From Octopus bimaculoides (taxonomy: Eukaryota): DNA of 50,405 bases. Shown piece by piece: positions 48,882-50,405 of the stretch (its first letter is position 1; each line of letters begins with the position of its first letter). The notes under the pieces were generated by a model. That model did no database searches. It saw nothing but the letters and a program-made list of their open reading frames with translations, and was not told the origin of the DNA. Position numbers and translations under genes: made by a program. The stretch is from contig NC_068996.1 in assembly GCF_001194135.2 (NCBI RefSeq), positions 36,624,146 to 36,674,550 of the forward strand, given 5' to 3'.

Positions 48882-49808
48882 GTAGAGGGGCTTTTGCAAA
48901 AACTTAACATCGGTCTCAATGTTTTCCACTTTTTTTTTTTCGTTAAACGGTAAAATAAGGGAAGTAACTCTCAAGAGCCCAGAAGTAAAACAAGGGAAAT
49001 AACATCAAAAACCGCAAATGAGCTATCTTGGACAGTTTTCACAGAAAATGATTTTCATGAAATGTGCAACTTATAAACACAAAGTTCATTACTTTTGCAA
49101 TCTTTTTTGTTTTCTTTTTACAAAGCAACAAACTTTTACTAGAAGTCTCAATTGCATAGAAGTACATTTATTAAGTTAATAGAAAGATCCAGAATGAAAT
49201 TAATATGGGATTTGAAAACAGCAGAAAAATAAAAATCTTTTATTTCCATCCTGTGTAATTTAACTCTTAAAAAAAAAAAACAAACAACAAAAACTTAAAT
49301 AAAAAAAGAATGAAATAATTGGGGATTTTTTTTTTTTTTATTTATTTGCGAATTCTTATTCCAAACATTTTTGTATAGTGATTCTAGGTATTAGTAAGTA
49401 TACATAACATTTGCTGCAGCTGTTGTCTCTTTCTTCCAGAGTTTTAAACACTTCCAACTTTGACTGAATATGGCTCTGAAGAATAATGGCTAAGAGGTTT
49501 GAACAGTGATCAACAAGGAGGGGGTGAAATCCATCGAATAAAACACACACACACACACACACTCGCACATGCACACACACAACCATCTTAGAAATTGGCA
49601 AGAACTGTTTCTTTAAAAAAGAGAAACGGTTATTTCCATATCATTTTGTTGTGATAACACCAAAGCAGCCTCTTCAGATTACACATTTGAAACTGGTTGC
49701 ATAGAAATAGTCTGACACTGTCCAGTTATTTAAATGAAATCCAAAGTAATGCAAGTAAAATGTTTGGCACTGAGATTGGCAACAGGTGGCACCAAGAGTT
49801 GTTACCCC

Positions 49809-49888
49809 GTTAATGGTGGTCTTTGTCTAATGATGAATCACTCATTATAAATCATTGTTAATGGTGGTCTTTGTCTAATGATGAATCA
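49809..49888. repeat. Tandem duplication, 32 bp identical with 48-bp period
   Basis: gttaatggtggtctttgtctaatgatgaatca at 49809-49840 and 49857-49888. Confidence 0.9.
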
Positions 49889-50365
49889 TTCATCAATTAA
49901 ATTCCTACTGATTCTCCGATAAGATCCGACCATTCTCAGCTTCACATTTCCAAAAGGTTATTTTAGTGTCACAGATCAAAGAGATTGGGTAAATCAGCTG
50001 TTAGTCTTACTGAAATATTAATTAGGTTTCAGTCTAGTTTAACCTTTCATTACAACAACACTGACCAGCCTCCCCTACCATGTCTCTGACTCTCTATCTC
50101 TCTTTCACACACACATACACACACTACATTCCTTAGGTTATTTGAAGTGTTCAATTTGTGTATGTCAGGCATGCTCAACAAATTTAGTAGCAGCAAAAAC
50201 AAAGCTATACTCACATATCACAGGTTGATTTAGTAACTGAAAGGTGATCAATAGAAGGAGGGCAAGAGAAAGAAAAATCCCGACTGTTTCTGATATATAC
50301 ATACACACACACACACACACAATCATCACGTACACACACACAAACACCAACAAATGCACACATAC

Positions 50366-50405
<40 letters not shown>

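Noticed and set aside
49830-49911. AUGAUGA...CUGA spacing like a C/D snoRNA
   Set aside because: The second C-like box comes from a tandem duplication; no terminal stem, guide sequence or known host intron.

Overview
AT-rich, microsatellite-dense eukaryotic DNA with seven N gaps. The repeat content suggests a coleoid cephalopod, probably Octopus (inference). The only protein-coding gene I can support is the 3' part of a Jagged/Serrate Notch ligand on the + strand. It has eight coding exons (5500-16201) that splice GT-AG into one open frame of 1490 nt: three EGF repeats, a vWC-like/cysteine-rich region, a TM helix and an intracellular tail ending EREIIM*. The upstream exons are outside the window or in a gap. 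The rest is introns plus about 34 kb of downstream DNA with tRNA-derived SINEs (often in head-to-tail arrays), R4/Dong-like and RTE-like LINE remnants, hAT- and piggyBac-type MITEs, a Helentron-like element and simple repeats. The most unusual signal is three sequence-unrelated repeat families that each carry a minimal type-I hammerhead-ribozyme-like motif of the kind known from Penelope-like retroelements. One copy is sense-oriented inside a Jagged intron next to the acceptor, and two families form long inverted repeats. All alignments, folds and family assignments were made by eye.
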